Under the pieces are notes generated by a model, which was not told the origin of the DNA, did not search any database, and was given only the letters and a program-made list of their open reading frames with translations. From assembly GCA_963827235.1 (NCBI GenBank), contig CAWHAE010000017.1, forward strand, positions 128,001 to 192,000: DNA of 64,000 nucleotides, in the 5' to 3' direction. Shown in pieces: positions 31,105 through 41,569 of the stretch (position 1 is the first letter of the stretch; every line of letters begins with the position of its first letter). The stretch is from an uncultured bacterium. GTDB taxonomy: Bacteria; Chloroflexota; UBA5177; JANWHV01. The translations under genes were made by a program, and so were the position numbers.

Positions 31105-33573
31105 ATGGGCAGAAGCGGAGCACTGCGACTTCGGTCATGGGTACGACGGCCTGAATGCCTGGTGCTGGTAACCACCGCGGGCCAGATCAAGATTGAGCCG
31201 CGCACACCGGCGATCGTGCATGTGGTGTATACCCTGGCCTCGGAGTTCAGCAGCAAGCCCAGCCTTGCGGTGCTGCCGCGCGACGTGGATACCGTCGCCT
31301 GGGACGTGGAGGAGTTGCCGGGTTCGCTCAAGCTGCGGACGGCCTGCGTTCACGTGCTCATCGACAAGGAGACGGTCGCCCTCACGTACACAGACAGGCA
31401 CGGAGCAGTTCTGGCTCGAGAGCCGCAACGCGGAGGCAAGACCCTCGTTCCCGTGGAAGTTGCTAGAACCGTGTTCGACGGATCGACGGAACTCCGCGCG
31501 GAGAACAGCGCGGACGGCATGCGGGTCAGAATGGAGCATGCACGCCAGGTCTTCGACCGCACTGCCTATCATGCCAAGCTGGAATTCGTCTGGGCAGATG
31601 ATGAAGCCCTGTACGGACTTGGCTCACATGAAGATGGCGTCATGAACCTGCGGGGTACGCATCAGTATCTGTACCAGCAGAACCTGAAGGCGGTCGTGCC
31701 AGTCCTTGTATCGACGAAGGGCTACGGCGTCTTGATGGATAGCTACTCGCTGATGACCTTCCACGACGACATGCACGGATCGTACCTCTGGACGGACGTG
31801 GACGACGAGCTCGACTTCTACTTCATTCATGGTCCCGAGCTCGACGGTATTGTGGCTGGCTATCGCACGCTGACCGGGCAAGCCCCGATGCTGCCGAAGT
31901 GGGCCTTTGGCTACATACAGTCCAAGGAACGCTACACATCCCAACAGGAGCTGATCTCGGTCGCGCGCGAGTATCGCGATCGCAAGATCCCGCTCGACGC
32001 TATCGTGCAGGACTGGCAGTCCTGGCAGGGCGATTGGTGGGGACAGAAGTCGCTCGATCCCACTCGATACCCGGATCCGGATGCCATGGTGCAGACACTA
32101 CATGACCTGCATGTCCGACTGATGGTCTCGATTTGGCCGAACATGACCAACGACGGACCGGACCAAGTGGAGATGCGCGCACATGGTTACCTGCTGGGCA
32201 ATCGCTCGACCTATGATGCCTTCAACCCACTCGCACGCGCGCTCTATTGGAGGCAGGCACATGAAGGCTTGTTCGCGCATGGCGTGGACGCCTGGTGGTG
32301 CGACTGCACCGAGCCGTTTGAGGCCGACTGGAACGGTGAGGTGAAACGTGAACCGGAGGAGCGGCTGCGCGTCAACTCCGAAGAAGCCAAGCGGTATCTA
32401 GACGCAGAGTACATCAACGCCTATTCCCTGCTCCATGCAAAGGGGATCCATGAGGGGCAACGAGCGGAAACGAACGAGAAGCGGGTGGTGAATCTGACTC
32501 GGTCGGCGCATGCAGGGCAGCACCGCTATGGGACCATCACCTGGTCGGGTGATACCGCCGCGAGCTGGGAAACCCTACGCCGTCAGGTTCCTGCCGGTCT
32601 GAACTTCTGTGCGACTGGCGAGCCATACTGGACGCTTGATATCGGCGGATTCTTCGTTGCCAAGAGAGAGCAGTGGTTCTGGGACGGGGAATACGACGCC
32701 GGCTGCGACGATCTCGGCTACCGCGAACTCTACGTGCGCTGGTTTCAGATGGCGACGTTTCTGCCCATGTTCCGCGCGCACGGCACCGACGCCCCACGGG
32801 AAGTATGGCGGTTCGGCGAATGTGGCTCGACGTTCTACGATGCGCTGGTCAGCTTCATCCACCTGCGTTACCGGCTCCTTCCGTACATCTACTCTATGGC
32901 GGGCTGGACAACGCAGTCGGCATACACGATGCTGCGCGCCTTGCCTTTCGACTTCCGGTTTGACCCGACGACGCACAACATCGGGGACGAATTCATGTTT
33001 GGGCCCGCATTTCTCGTCTGTCCGGTGACAACGCCCATGTGCTATGGCGCCGGCTCAAGAGCGCTGCAGGGTGCCGTCAAGACGCGACCGGTGTACCTGC
33101 CGGCCGGCACTGACTGGTACGACTACTGGACGAACAGATGGTATTCAGGTGGACAGTGGCTTGATGCCGATGCACCGCTGCATCGTCTGCCGTTGTACGT
33201 TCGGGCAGGTTCCATCGTGCCTGCGGGCCCCTCTATTCAGCACACCGGCGAGCAGGCAGGCAGCCTGGAGTTGCGCATCTACACCGGTTTGGACGGCGAC
33301 TTCGAACTGTACGATGACGAGGGCGACAACTACAACTATGAGCGCGGAGCCTTCGAGGTCGTTCCACTGCACTGGGACGAAGAGCAGCAGATGTTGACCA
33401 TCGGCGAACGGAGGGGCAAATACCCGGGCATGCCGAGACTGAGGAAGTTCACGGTCGTGGTGATCAGACCAGATCAAGCCACCTCATCCGGCAGAGTCGG
33501 CGATTCAGACAGCTGCGTCGAGTATGACGGTTCGTGCCTGGTACTCTCGTTGGCATCAGCGCGATCCTGGTGA
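31105..33573 (+). CDS. GH31 glycosidase, probable alpha-xylosidase
   Basis: PKWAFGYIQSKERY, IVQDW, nucleophile region WWCDCTEP, WSGD, FRAHG, LYDDEGDNYNYE. Confidence 0.9.
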   Translation: MGRSGALRLRSWVRRPECLVLVTTAGQIKIEPRTPAIVHVVYTLASEFSSKPSLAVLPRDVDTVAWDVEELPGSLKLRTACVHVLIDKETVALTYTDRHGAVLAREPQRGGKTLVPVEVARTVFDGSTELRAENSADGMRVRMEHARQVFDRTAYHAKLEFVWADDEALYGLGSHEDGVMNLRGTHQYLYQQNLKAVVPVLVSTKGYGVLMDSYSLMTFHDDMHGSYLWTDVDDELDFYFIHGPELDGIVAGYRTLTGQAPMLPKWAFGYIQSKERYTSQQELISVAREYRDRKIPLDAIVQDWQSWQGDWWGQKSLDPTRYPDPDAMVQTLHDLHVRLMVSIWPNMTNDGPDQVEMRAHGYLLGNRSTYDAFNPLARALYWRQAHEGLFAHGVDAWWCDCTEPFEADWNGEVKREPEERLRVNSEEAKRYLDAEYINAYSLLHAKGIHEGQRAETNEKRVVNLTRSAHAGQHRYGTITWSGDTAASWETLRRQVPAGLNFCATGEPYWTLDIGGFFVAKREQWFWDGEYDAGCDDLGYRELYVRWFQMATFLPMFRAHGTDAPREVWRFGECGSTFYDALVSFIHLRYRLLPYIYSMAGWTTQSAYTMLRALPFDFRFDPTTHNIGDEFMFGPAFLVCPVTTPMCYGAGSRALQGAVKTRPVYLPAGTDWYDYWTNRWYSGGQWLDADAPLHRLPLYVRAGSIVPAGPSIQHTGEQAGSLELRIYTGLDGDFELYDDEGDNYNYERGAFEVVPLHWDEEQQMLTIGERRGKYPGMPRLRKFTVVVIRPDQATSSGRVGDSDSCVEYDGSCLVLSLASARSW

Positions 33574-33588
33574 CCGGTCTGGGCCAGG

Positions 33589-35139
33589 ATGCGCGGCTAT
33601 CTGTGGCTCGGCACTGAGAACGGTGCCCTTCTCTTCGACGGCCTTATCCCCCAGCGTGAAGGGGTGGGCATCGCCGTCGTCATCGCTCGTGGTCCGCGGT
33701 CCCTGGCCCAGGTGCAGCGCGCGGCGCGTTCCGTCAAGGCGGGAAGCGACGCGCTGGCTGCGGGCATGGGCGCGCCGGCGATAGGCGACCTCAGGCAGAG
33801 CGTCCACGTCACCCTGGAGGCGCCGAGCTATCGCAGCCGTGATGAGACGGGTCAGACGGCAGAGGCGATGCGCGGCATCGTGGACAAGGTGCATGCCACG
33901 CTGGCAGCGCACGAGCAGACGCGCAGCACCTTGGCGGATCTGATCGGTCGGGTAGCGGCCAGTGCCACGCAGGTGGACAGCGGTAGCGGACAGCTGGCGC
34001 AGGCCAGCCAGCAGGTCGGCCAGGCGAGCACCCAGATCGCCCGCGCCATCGAAGAGGTGGCGCGCGGAAACTCCGACCAGAGCAGGAGTGCTACTGAGGC
34101 CACCGCGCAGGTCGCCGCCGTGACTCAGCTGGTTGAGCAGTTGGCGACCGGCGCCAACGCGCTGGCCAGCGCCAGCAGTCAAACCGCCCAAGCCCTGGCC
34201 GAGTTGCGCACGGCCCTCGCCGACAGCACGACGCAGGTCGCCGCCGTGAGCGGCGAGGCCGAACGGGCAGCAGGAACGGCCCGGGATGGCGGTGAGGCGG
34301 TACGCCAGACCATCGCATCCATCGCCTCGGTGCGCGCCGCGGTCGCCCGCTCCGCCCAGCAGGTCAACGCGCTGGGTGAGAGCAGCCGCGAGATCGGACA
34401 GATCGTGGAGGCGATCGACGACATCGCCGAGCAGACCAACCTGCTGGCCCTGAACGCCGCCATCGAGGCTGCCCGAGCCGGGGAGCATGGCAAAGGCTTC
34501 ACCGTGGTGGCGGCAGAGGTGCGGAAGCTGGCCGAGCGCGCGTCGAGCGAAACCAAGGGCGTTACCCAGCGCATCGCCGCCATCCAGGCGCAAGTCAGGG
34601 ACGTGGTCAAGGCTATGGAGCAGGGAGACGCCGAGGTGGCACGCAGCGCCGGGCTGGGCCAGCAAGCAGGGAGCGCGCTGGAGAGCATCCTGGGTGCGGT
34701 GAGCAACACCACGGCGCAGGTGCAGAGCATCGGTGTTGCCGTTCAGCAGATGAGCGGGAACGTGGAGCGGGTATCGACTGCTGCAGGACAGGTCTCCGAG
34801 GTAGCGCGGCAAACCCTGGAGGCCAGTACGGCGCTGCGCACGAGCGCGGAGCAGGTGTCCGGTGCCATCGAGAGCATCGCCGCGGTGAGCGAGGAGAGCG
34901 CGGCGAGCGCGGAGGAGGTCAGTGCCTCCACGGAGGAGCAGACGGCATCGGTGGAGGAGATGGCGGCCGGGGCGCAGGAGCTTGCGGCGTTGGCGAGCCA
35001 GCTCCAGGAGCTGGTCGGCCGGTTCGTGCTGTCACGCAGCGGGGGCACGGCGGGGGAGCACGAGTCCGTCGTGCCACGGCGGCGCGCGAGCGACTGGGGT
35101 TCGCCGCCCTCGCGTGCGGAGCGAGCACGGAACACCTGA
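33589..35139 (+). CDS. Methyl-accepting chemotaxis protein lacking most of its sensor region
   Basis: Hairpin tip [40 protein letters not shown]; HAMP-like [10 protein letters not shown]. Confidence 0.85.
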   Translation: MRGYLWLGTENGALLFDGLIPQREGVGIAVVIARGPRSLAQVQRAARSVKAGSDALAAGMGAPAIGDLRQSVHVTLEAPSYRSRDETGQTAEAMRGIVDKVHATLAAHEQTRSTLADLIGRVAASATQVDSGSGQLAQASQQVGQASTQIARAIEEVARGNSDQSRSATEATAQVAAVTQLVEQLATGANALASASSQTAQALAELRTALADSTTQVAAVSGEAERAAGTARDGGEAVRQTIASIASVRAAVARSAQQVNALGESSREIGQIVEAIDDIAEQTNLLALNAAIEAARAGEHGKGFTVVAAEVRKLAERASSETKGVTQRIAAIQAQVRDVVKAMEQGDAEVARSAGLGQQAGSALESILGAVSNTTAQVQSIGVAVQQMSGNVERVSTAAGQVSEVARQTLEASTALRTSAEQVSGAIESIAAVSEESAASAEEVSASTEEQTASVEEMAAGAQELAALASQLQELVGRFVLSRSGGTAGEHESVVPRRRASDWGSPPSRAERARNT

Positions 35140-35339
35140 GCCAATTAGCCGCATGCCTGCGACAACGTCTGCGGTGGCCGAGCGAAGGACCGAGGCCGTG
35201 TCTTCAAGCCGATAGCTCTCGTCCCGCTGCCGCACTGTTCGGTCTGGAGGACAGCACACTCGAGGACTGTGCACCACCCTCACCTGGATTGTCGACGGGG
35301 TGCCGGTCATCCGGGGCAAGCGAGGCCGTCCCGCTTGTC

Positions 35340-35560
35340 GCGCCGTCCCGAACAGCAGGACTGCAGCGATAGGCCCGCACCAACATGAGCCTTACCTTCT
35401 CCAGCACGCGGCGAGACGTCACGTTGTCCTGGTCGGTCGTAGCGAATAGGCCGCGCACGTCCGGCACCGTCCCTGCCATTCACGTCGACGGTGCGGGCCT
35501 TGACGCCGGCATACCTTGCACCGCCGCGGCCTCGCCACAGCGTGCTTCGCTCTCCCCCCT
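35340..35560 (-). pseudogene. RimJ/RimL-like GNAT acetyltransferase remnant
   Basis: LFATTDQDNVTSRRVLEKV, plus WRGRG in another frame. Confidence 0.45.
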
Positions 35561-35657
35561 GCTCAGCCAGGTGCATCATCGCTCCAGCTTCTGGCGCACG
35601 GCCATGGCTGCGCGGCACGTAGGAACGACCGTGGGTTGCTGCGCCTGCTCTGCGCGC

Positions 35658-36191
35658 TCATTGCTGGTGCGGCCGGTGATCGAGTCGCGCCAGCAGCGCC
35701 GCAACCTCAGGCAGCGTGGCGTCAAGCGGCTGCTGGCAGGGAACGGCGTCCGGTTCGTCCAGCGCGACCTCGTACGTACTGATGCGCCGACACGTGGTAC
35801 AGTAGCGCCGGGCCGTGTGGCCCTGCACGTCGGCGTAGCTGTCCAGGGGCACGTACGTGTGGCTGCTGCGCTGAGCCACAATCTGGAGCGGTGGCAGCGC
35901 TGGCTGCAAGAGCGAAGGCTGATTGGCGTTGATGGGTTCAGCTAATCCCGCCGTGCGGCCCCAGTACTGCTTGCACGGCTCCGCAACGCTCTGCGCTTTG
36001 ACGAACCCCGGTACGCCAGTGCGTAACTGGACGTGGGCTGAGCAATGACGACAGCGGTAGAAGATGTCAGTGACCCCACCGTGCCTGGTCCGCTTCCCGT
36101 CCTGGAAATCGTGGCCGTAGATGCGGCCTGTCGCCAACAGGTCGTCGCGTTGCTTGGTCAGTACGTGGGACTGAGCCAGGCTGTTCGCCAT
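35658..36191 (-). CDS. Hypothetical protein with two H...CxxC...PC putative Zn-binding modules
   Basis: GHDF...CRHC...EPC and SHTY...CTTC...VPC. Confidence 0.6.
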   Translation of the reverse strand: MANSLAQSHVLTKQRDDLLATGRIYGHDFQDGKRTRHGGVTDIFYRCRHCSAHVQLRTGVPGFVKAQSVAEPCKQYWGRTAGLAEPINANQPSLLQPALPPLQIVAQRSSHTYVPLDSYADVQGHTARRYCTTCRRISTYEVALDEPDAVPCQQPLDATLPEVAALLARLDHRPHQQ

Positions 36192-36717
36192 CGAAACACC
36201 CCACGCTAGTAGAACGTTAGTCCTAGTAACAGTATACCCTACGCGCTGCGCGCGCGCCTAGTGTGCACAGCGGGGTCCTCATATATTGTAGGATACGCCA
36301 CCATTAAGCACAATATATAGTGCCGAACCCATCGTTGCTGAGGGAGAGGTCCGGTACGGTCGGCTGGCGCGTGTACACTGGCGTACGGGGAATAGGGCCG
36401 CCGGATTGCTGCCGCCGAGAAGGGATCTCACCGCCTCGCCAGCGCCGGCAACCCCTCACCTGACTTGGCGCGGTATTTCAACCATCTCAAGTACGCCTAC
36501 CAAGTGAGATTCGGATAACCCTTATTGTGCGAGGCTCACTGCCTGCCGGCAGTCAGCGATCAGCCGACGTACGTGTCGGCGATGATCCGCTCTAGTGTCG
36601 GGCACAAGTGTCCGCGCCGCGCGCCCCAGGCAAGGAGCCGGCGTGCGTTCGCCGGTCCGCCTACCGATAACACTACGTCGGCTAGGCTTTCTTCCTCCGG
36701 CACACTCCTGAGCAGGG

Positions 36718-37517
36718 TCACCACTGGATGAGGCTCTGTCGAGCTGGCAGAAAGCGTGCGGCAACCGCGGACTCGGGGAGCGCAGGCGTCGTCGTTGCTG
36801 CCTCCTGGCGCTGGAGGCGCTCTCGGCGTAGTCGCTGCACGTCCGGGCGTCCCAACCGTGCAGTCCTGGCGCGTGCAACGAGTTCTTGGCGCACCACCTG
36901 ATCGCCCTCGCGGGCAACCGCGGTGGCAGCAGATACGGCGAGGATGCCGCCGTGCACGGCCTCAGCTACGTCCTCGTGCGCGATTAGCTTGAGCCGATCT
37001 GCGACATAGGCATGACTCCGGTGCAGTCGGTTGCCGACCTTCCGCGTGTCGAGGTCTTCCAGGTCCATCAGCTCGCGGAGTGCAACCGCTCGTCGACCGG
37101 GTCGAGGTCCTCCCCCTGCATGTTTTCGGTCAGTTGCAGGACGCGCAAATCGGCACCGCTGCTCTCACGTACGACCACGGGCAACCGTGTAAGCCCGGCC
37201 TGCATCGCGGCAGCATAGCGCCGCTCGCCGGCCACGATCATGTAGCGTGTGCGGCCGTCTTCGAGGAGTCCGGACTCCCGCACGACGAGCGGTTGCAGGA
37301 TGCCATGCTCTTTGATTGAAGCAGCCAACTCCAGCAGGCGTGAAGCATCACGCGTCTTTCGCGGCTGGTCTGGGTCAGGCTGGACCATCTCAATGGGTAC
37401 GCCCAGCGCGCCCACGAGAGTCCGCTCAGCATCGGTCTGGATTATCGCGGCTTCCGACGCTTGCACATCACTCTGCGCGCGGTCCATACGAAAGACGGGC
37501 CGGGGCTTAACGGCCAT
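36718..37517 (-). pseudogene. parB: ParB/Spo0J partition protein, frameshifted near 37088
   Basis: PDPDQPRK, GILQPLVVR, IVAGERRY, LTENMQ. Adding one G gives ...DPVDEAVALRELMD..., joining ORFs 37068-37553 and 36718-37068. Confidence 0.8.
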
Positions 37518-38297
37518 GGCCGGCCTCTTTGATAACGCGCTGTGCCAGCTCACGGTACGCCTGCGCAGCAGCGCTGGAGGGCTCGGAGAGGACCACCGGG
37601 CAACTTCGAGGCCGGTTGATGGCTCGCTTCACCGCCACGGCGTGCGGTATCGCGGTGCCTACCAGATCGCCATATCGCGAGTGCAACGCGGCCACGCCGG
37701 CTTCGTCCTGGCTATCGCGTCGCGTACTGTTGGGAAGGATCGCCACGAGGCGCGCGGCACCCAGGGCCTCGTCCAGCTCATCGCGGAGGGCAATGGTATC
37801 CGAGAGCGCATCGAAGTCCGCCCGGGTAGCGAAAGTGGGCAGCACGGCAAGCTGTGCGGTTATCAGGGCGCTGGAGAGCGCAAAACCAAGGACCCCGGGG
37901 GCGTATCCAGAATGATAAAGTCGTAGTCGAGATCGGCCAGCAGCTTCCGCAGGCGCAGCGCGCCCACGGGATTCTCAGCATACATCCTGGCAGCAGTCTC
38001 TATCGAGCGATCGCCAGGCAGCAGGTCGGTGCCGTCCAGAACCGGCCGGATCAGATCCACCACGCCGAGCGCCGCCGCCAGCATGCGCTCGCCAATGCCA
38101 TGCAGTCCGGCAGCTTCCTCCGCCAAGAGTAGACGCGTAAGCGATGCCTGGGGATCCAGGTCAATGAGCAGGATCCTGATGCCTGTCTCCGCCAACGCAC
38201 CGGCGAGGTTCAACGCCGTCGTTGTTTTTCCAGATCCGCCCTTGCGTCCGGCGCTGACGATGATCGTCGGCGCTCGTTGTGCCACTGCCGCAGTCAC
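37507..38297 (-). pseudogene. parA: ParA/Soj ATPase, frameshifted near 37895
   Basis: Deviant Walker A KGGSGKTT, DLDPQASLT, ILDTPP. The frame shifts in CCCCCGGGG and continues VLGFALSSAL...AYRELAQRV. Confidence 0.85.
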
Positions 38298-38620
38298 CCT
38301 CAGTCCCTTTCTCTCGCGATCCTTGTAAACAAGGTTTACAGGATCCGGAGGTCTCTGAGGGGGGGCTTGTCCTAGTCCTTAGTCTTTGATCCCCTCTTCT
38401 ATAGGGGGTGAAATCCGGCCTCACCTAGTTTGGAGGCGCGGGTCATCGACCGCAATCCCACGGCAGGCGGGAAGTGGGGAGATGCGGCGAGGTCTCCTCC
38501 ACGCAGGGGCTAGCACTGTTTCCCCACGTGGGGTACAGTTCCCAGGTAGGGTTGAGATATGACCTGGGCATTGGCCTACACCTTTCAACAGTTATGGCCC
38601 TTGCGTAGTTGCGGTAATGA

Positions 38621-38661
38621 GAAGCGACCACCTGCTTCCAACAGGTGGTCGTTTCGCTTTT
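38621..38661 (+). terminator. Rho-independent terminator-like hairpin
   Basis: CGACCACCTG-loop-CAGGTGGTCG followed by a T-rich tract. Confidence 0.5.
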
Positions 38662-38765
38662 GGGGCGTCGTTATGATGCTCTCTGTGACTCCTCGCCCCC
38701 TTGATGCGCAAACCAGAATTCGATCGCTTCCTGCATCAGTTCGCCCAAGGAGGGCTCGACGCCGG

Positions 38766-39068
38766 TCAACTTATATCTCCGACATTGCTCATCCCGGAGC
38801 ATTGTTGTGTGCCTGACACGCACGTCGTCAATTGGTAGGGCATCTCCACTGAGCGCCCGGCCGGGGAAAGCGTGCCGGTGAGCCGCTGCAACAACAACGC
38901 GGCCGCCTTGCTGCCCAGCTCATCCTGGAACTGCGCGATGGTGGTCAGGGGTGGATGGACCATGCGGGCTGCCGGGCGGTCGTCGAAGCCGACGATAGCG
39001 ACATCCTGGGGTATACGCAACTGTGCGTCGTGGACGGCGGCCATAGCCCCAAAGGCCATGCGGTCGGG
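38766..39068 (-). pseudogene. LacI family regulator, C-terminal remnant
   Basis: MAFGAMAAV...IPQDVAIVGFDD...PPLTTIAQ; no HTH; abuts the stop of the upstream gene. Confidence 0.8.
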
Positions 39069-40853
39069 CTAAGAGCGAGGTCCGGAGGTGTGTCCCTTCA
39101 ACCTGCTCGCACCGGGCGCGCCGGTGTACACGGCCACCTCTCCGGGTGTCAGCGTGCCAGCCGGCCGCTCTAGCATGGTCGGCATCGAGCCGCGTTCGTC
39201 GACGCGAACCCAGTGCTGGGGAGCGGCGGGTTCCCAGGTGACCAGATCTCCGGACACCGGCTCCTCGCCCGCGTTGTATACCGTGACGGTCGCACGTCCG
39301 TCAGCGGCGACAAACGCATTGGCCAGGAGATCGGTCCGCGCGACGGGCACGAGCGGGAGTGCCAGGCTGCCGCGAAAGCAGGTCTCATGCCGCCGCAAAA
39401 TGCCGACCACGCCGCGGATTTGCGCTGCTTCGCCCGCGGTGTATGGCAGGATTTCGCCAAAGACATCTTGCCAGACCACCAGCCCCGTGCCGTTGAACAG
39501 CGCCTGCTGGATGACACGCTGCCGTTGCGCGCCCACGGCATGGCGGTTAATCATGAAGGAGGGATGTTCAGGAAAGAGAAATCGCTGCAGGTCGACTTCG
39601 CCCGCCTGACTGTGTTCCGCCTGATCCCAGGAGCCGGTAATGAGCTCGACGGCACCAGGCCCTGGCTGCTTCTCGGAGCAGAAGACGACCCCCGGCCGAA
39701 CCCGATCGATCGCCCGCCGGAACTGAGGATGCACGTTCCCTATCGTGTCCAGGAATACGCCGTCCGCGCCGATGTCGGCGATCACCTGCGCCAGCTCTCG
39801 GGCGGCGTCAGCCCTTGAGCGTCTGCCAGCAGTGGCAGTGTCCCATGGCAGATACGGCACGAACACTCGTGTACCGCTGGCTCGGGCCTGCACGGCCAGC
39901 TCGCGCAGGCCGGGACGCCCGCCGGGCAGATCGTCGTAAAATGCCCATTGGTCGCGCTCGTCCACGCCGATACGCGGATACTGCGGCCAAAGAAGCAATC
40001 CGTCGTAGCCGCCAAACCGCTGGCCATCCTCGATCAAGCGAGCGAGGTCGAAGCACTGACGCGCATGATCGAAGATCTCACTGCCGTACAAGAATGTGAA
40101 ATGCTGCAGCCACTGCTGTCGGTACCAGCTCAAATCCTCTCGGCAATACTCGGACAGGTCGACGCCCGCACGTAGCAGGTCCCGCACAGCCCGAAAAGCG
40201 CCAAGCCAGCCCGGATCGCAGGCAACATATATAAGCTCACAGGCCTCCACCCACTCCGATCGCAGCCGGACCGGCATCGTCTCGCACACCGACTGCCAGC
40301 GACTGGCTTCGATCGTGTCGCGTGCGAAGCGGGCAAGGATGGCCACGCCGCCGCCGTCCGACCAGTAGCTGTACGGAAGCGGGTAATCTCCAGTGCGGAC
40401 GAGCGGCTGGCCGTCGTTCCCGACGGGTCCCAACCCGGGATCGTGCGCTCGCGCGCAGGCCGGATCGCCGAGCTGCAGCTGCCTGAGAATCGGCAGCTGC
40501 AGCTCGGCGTCACACGGCGTGTCGAGACCCGCAGCCCGCACTTGCACGATCATGTGCAGGGCGCCGAGCAGCCCCGCGTTCCAGGCCAAGCGCGCTTCGA
40601 TCGGGCCGGCGGCCAGAGTTGCGATAAGCGAGTCCTCGGCCTCGAACAGGGACGTTACGCGAAAGTCGTCGCCGGCCAGGAGGCGACCTCCGACGGCCAC
40701 TGCTATAGGGCAGGCGCGTGCTTCCTCGGTTCTAAGCAAGGGAGTCGCTGCGGGCAGTAGGTCGAGATCGAGACGTAGAGACGGCATGGCCGCGGCGCGG
40801 ACGCGCAGACCCGCGGTGGAAAGACCGGCCGCAGGCATCGGCGAGACGCTCAT
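39069..40853 (-). CDS. Uncharacterised protein with a putative glycosidase-like TIM barrel
   Basis: FGGYDGLLLWPQYPRIGVDERDQ, VFVPYLPWDT, ADGVFLDT, FCSE; ATGA overlap with the FGE-fold gene. Confidence 0.65.
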   Translation of the reverse strand: MSVSPMPAAGLSTAGLRVRAAAMPSLRLDLDLLPAATPLLRTEEARACPIAVAVGGRLLAGDDFRVTSLFEAEDSLIATLAAGPIEARLAWNAGLLGALHMIVQVRAAGLDTPCDAELQLPILRQLQLGDPACARAHDPGLGPVGNDGQPLVRTGDYPLPYSYWSDGGGVAILARFARDTIEASRWQSVCETMPVRLRSEWVEACELIYVACDPGWLGAFRAVRDLLRAGVDLSEYCREDLSWYRQQWLQHFTFLYGSEIFDHARQCFDLARLIEDGQRFGGYDGLLLWPQYPRIGVDERDQWAFYDDLPGGRPGLRELAVQARASGTRVFVPYLPWDTATAGRRSRADAARELAQVIADIGADGVFLDTIGNVHPQFRRAIDRVRPGVVFCSEKQPGPGAVELITGSWDQAEHSQAGEVDLQRFLFPEHPSFMINRHAVGAQRQRVIQQALFNGTGLVVWQDVFGEILPYTAGEAAQIRGVVGILRRHETCFRGSLALPLVPVARTDLLANAFVAADGRATVTVYNAGEEPVSGDLVTWEPAAPQHWVRVDERGSMPTMLERPAGTLTPGEVAVYTGAPGASRLKGHTSGPRS

Positions 40854-41569
40854 GGCGAATCTCCTGCCGTATCGGACGCACACCTAAATCCGATGGTGCT
40901 GCAGCGGTTGAGCCCCTCGCTCAGCAACAGGAATCGGAGATGGAACTGGTTGGGGCGAGGTCCACCTTCGGCATACCAGGCGCTTCCCTGTGCCTCGTAG
41001 TAGCTACCGCCCCGCAAGAGCCGCCAGCGATGCCAGCCATCGTCGAACGCGTGCGCCGTCCACTCCCAGACGTTGCCGGCCATGTCCATGCAGCCGAATG
41101 GGGAGACGCCCTCGGGGAAGGCGCTGACGGGCGTAGTGCCCACGCCATCGCCGTTACAGCAGCCGGCATCGAAGCGCATGCCCCAGGGCCAGTCAAAACC
41201 CTCCTCACCCTGCGCCGCCCACTGCCACTCCTCGTCCGTGGGCAGCCGCAAACCAGCCCACGAGGCATACGCCTCCGCGTCACGCGGGCTCACCCACACC
41301 ACCGGGTGGCTGCCCATGCCTGCGGGCGGCAATCCGCCGCTCCAGTGGCGCAGATAATTGCGGTCGTCGTTCGGCCGGTAGCCGCTCGCGCTCAAGAATA
41401 CCGCGTACTGGTCGTTTGTCACCGGATAGCGACAAAGCGCGTACGGGCGCAGCGTGACCGGGCGCGGGCCATGGTCGAACAGCGGGCAACGCCCTTCGCG
41501 TACGCGGTGTTCCACGCGGAACACGAAGCTGCAAGCCGGAACCGGCACCATGTCCACGTCCACCATCAC
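40850..41569 (-). CDS. SUMF1/EgtB/PvdO (FGE-sulfatase fold) protein without the catalytic cysteines
   Basis: PVTNDQY, HPVVWVS, RLPTDEEWQWAA, DMAGNVWEW, LRGGS, IGFRC; no CxxxxC after RGGS. Confidence 0.88.
   Translation of the reverse strand: MMVDVDMVPVPACSFVFRVEHRVREGRCPLFDHGPRPVTLRPYALCRYPVTNDQYAVFLSASGYRPNDDRNYLRHWSGGLPPAGMGSHPVVWVSPRDAEAYASWAGLRLPTDEEWQWAAQGEEGFDWPWGMRFDAGCCNGDGVGTTPVSAFPEGVSPFGCMDMAGNVWEWTAHAFDDGWHRWRLLRGGSYYEAQGSAWYAEGGPRPNQFHLRFLLLSEGLNRCSTIGFRCASDTAGDSP

Noticed and set aside
40850-41569. True formylglycine-generating enzyme or ergothioneine EgtB
   Set aside because: Lacks the FGE core cysteines and the DinB-like domain of EgtB; no sulfatase or egtD nearby.
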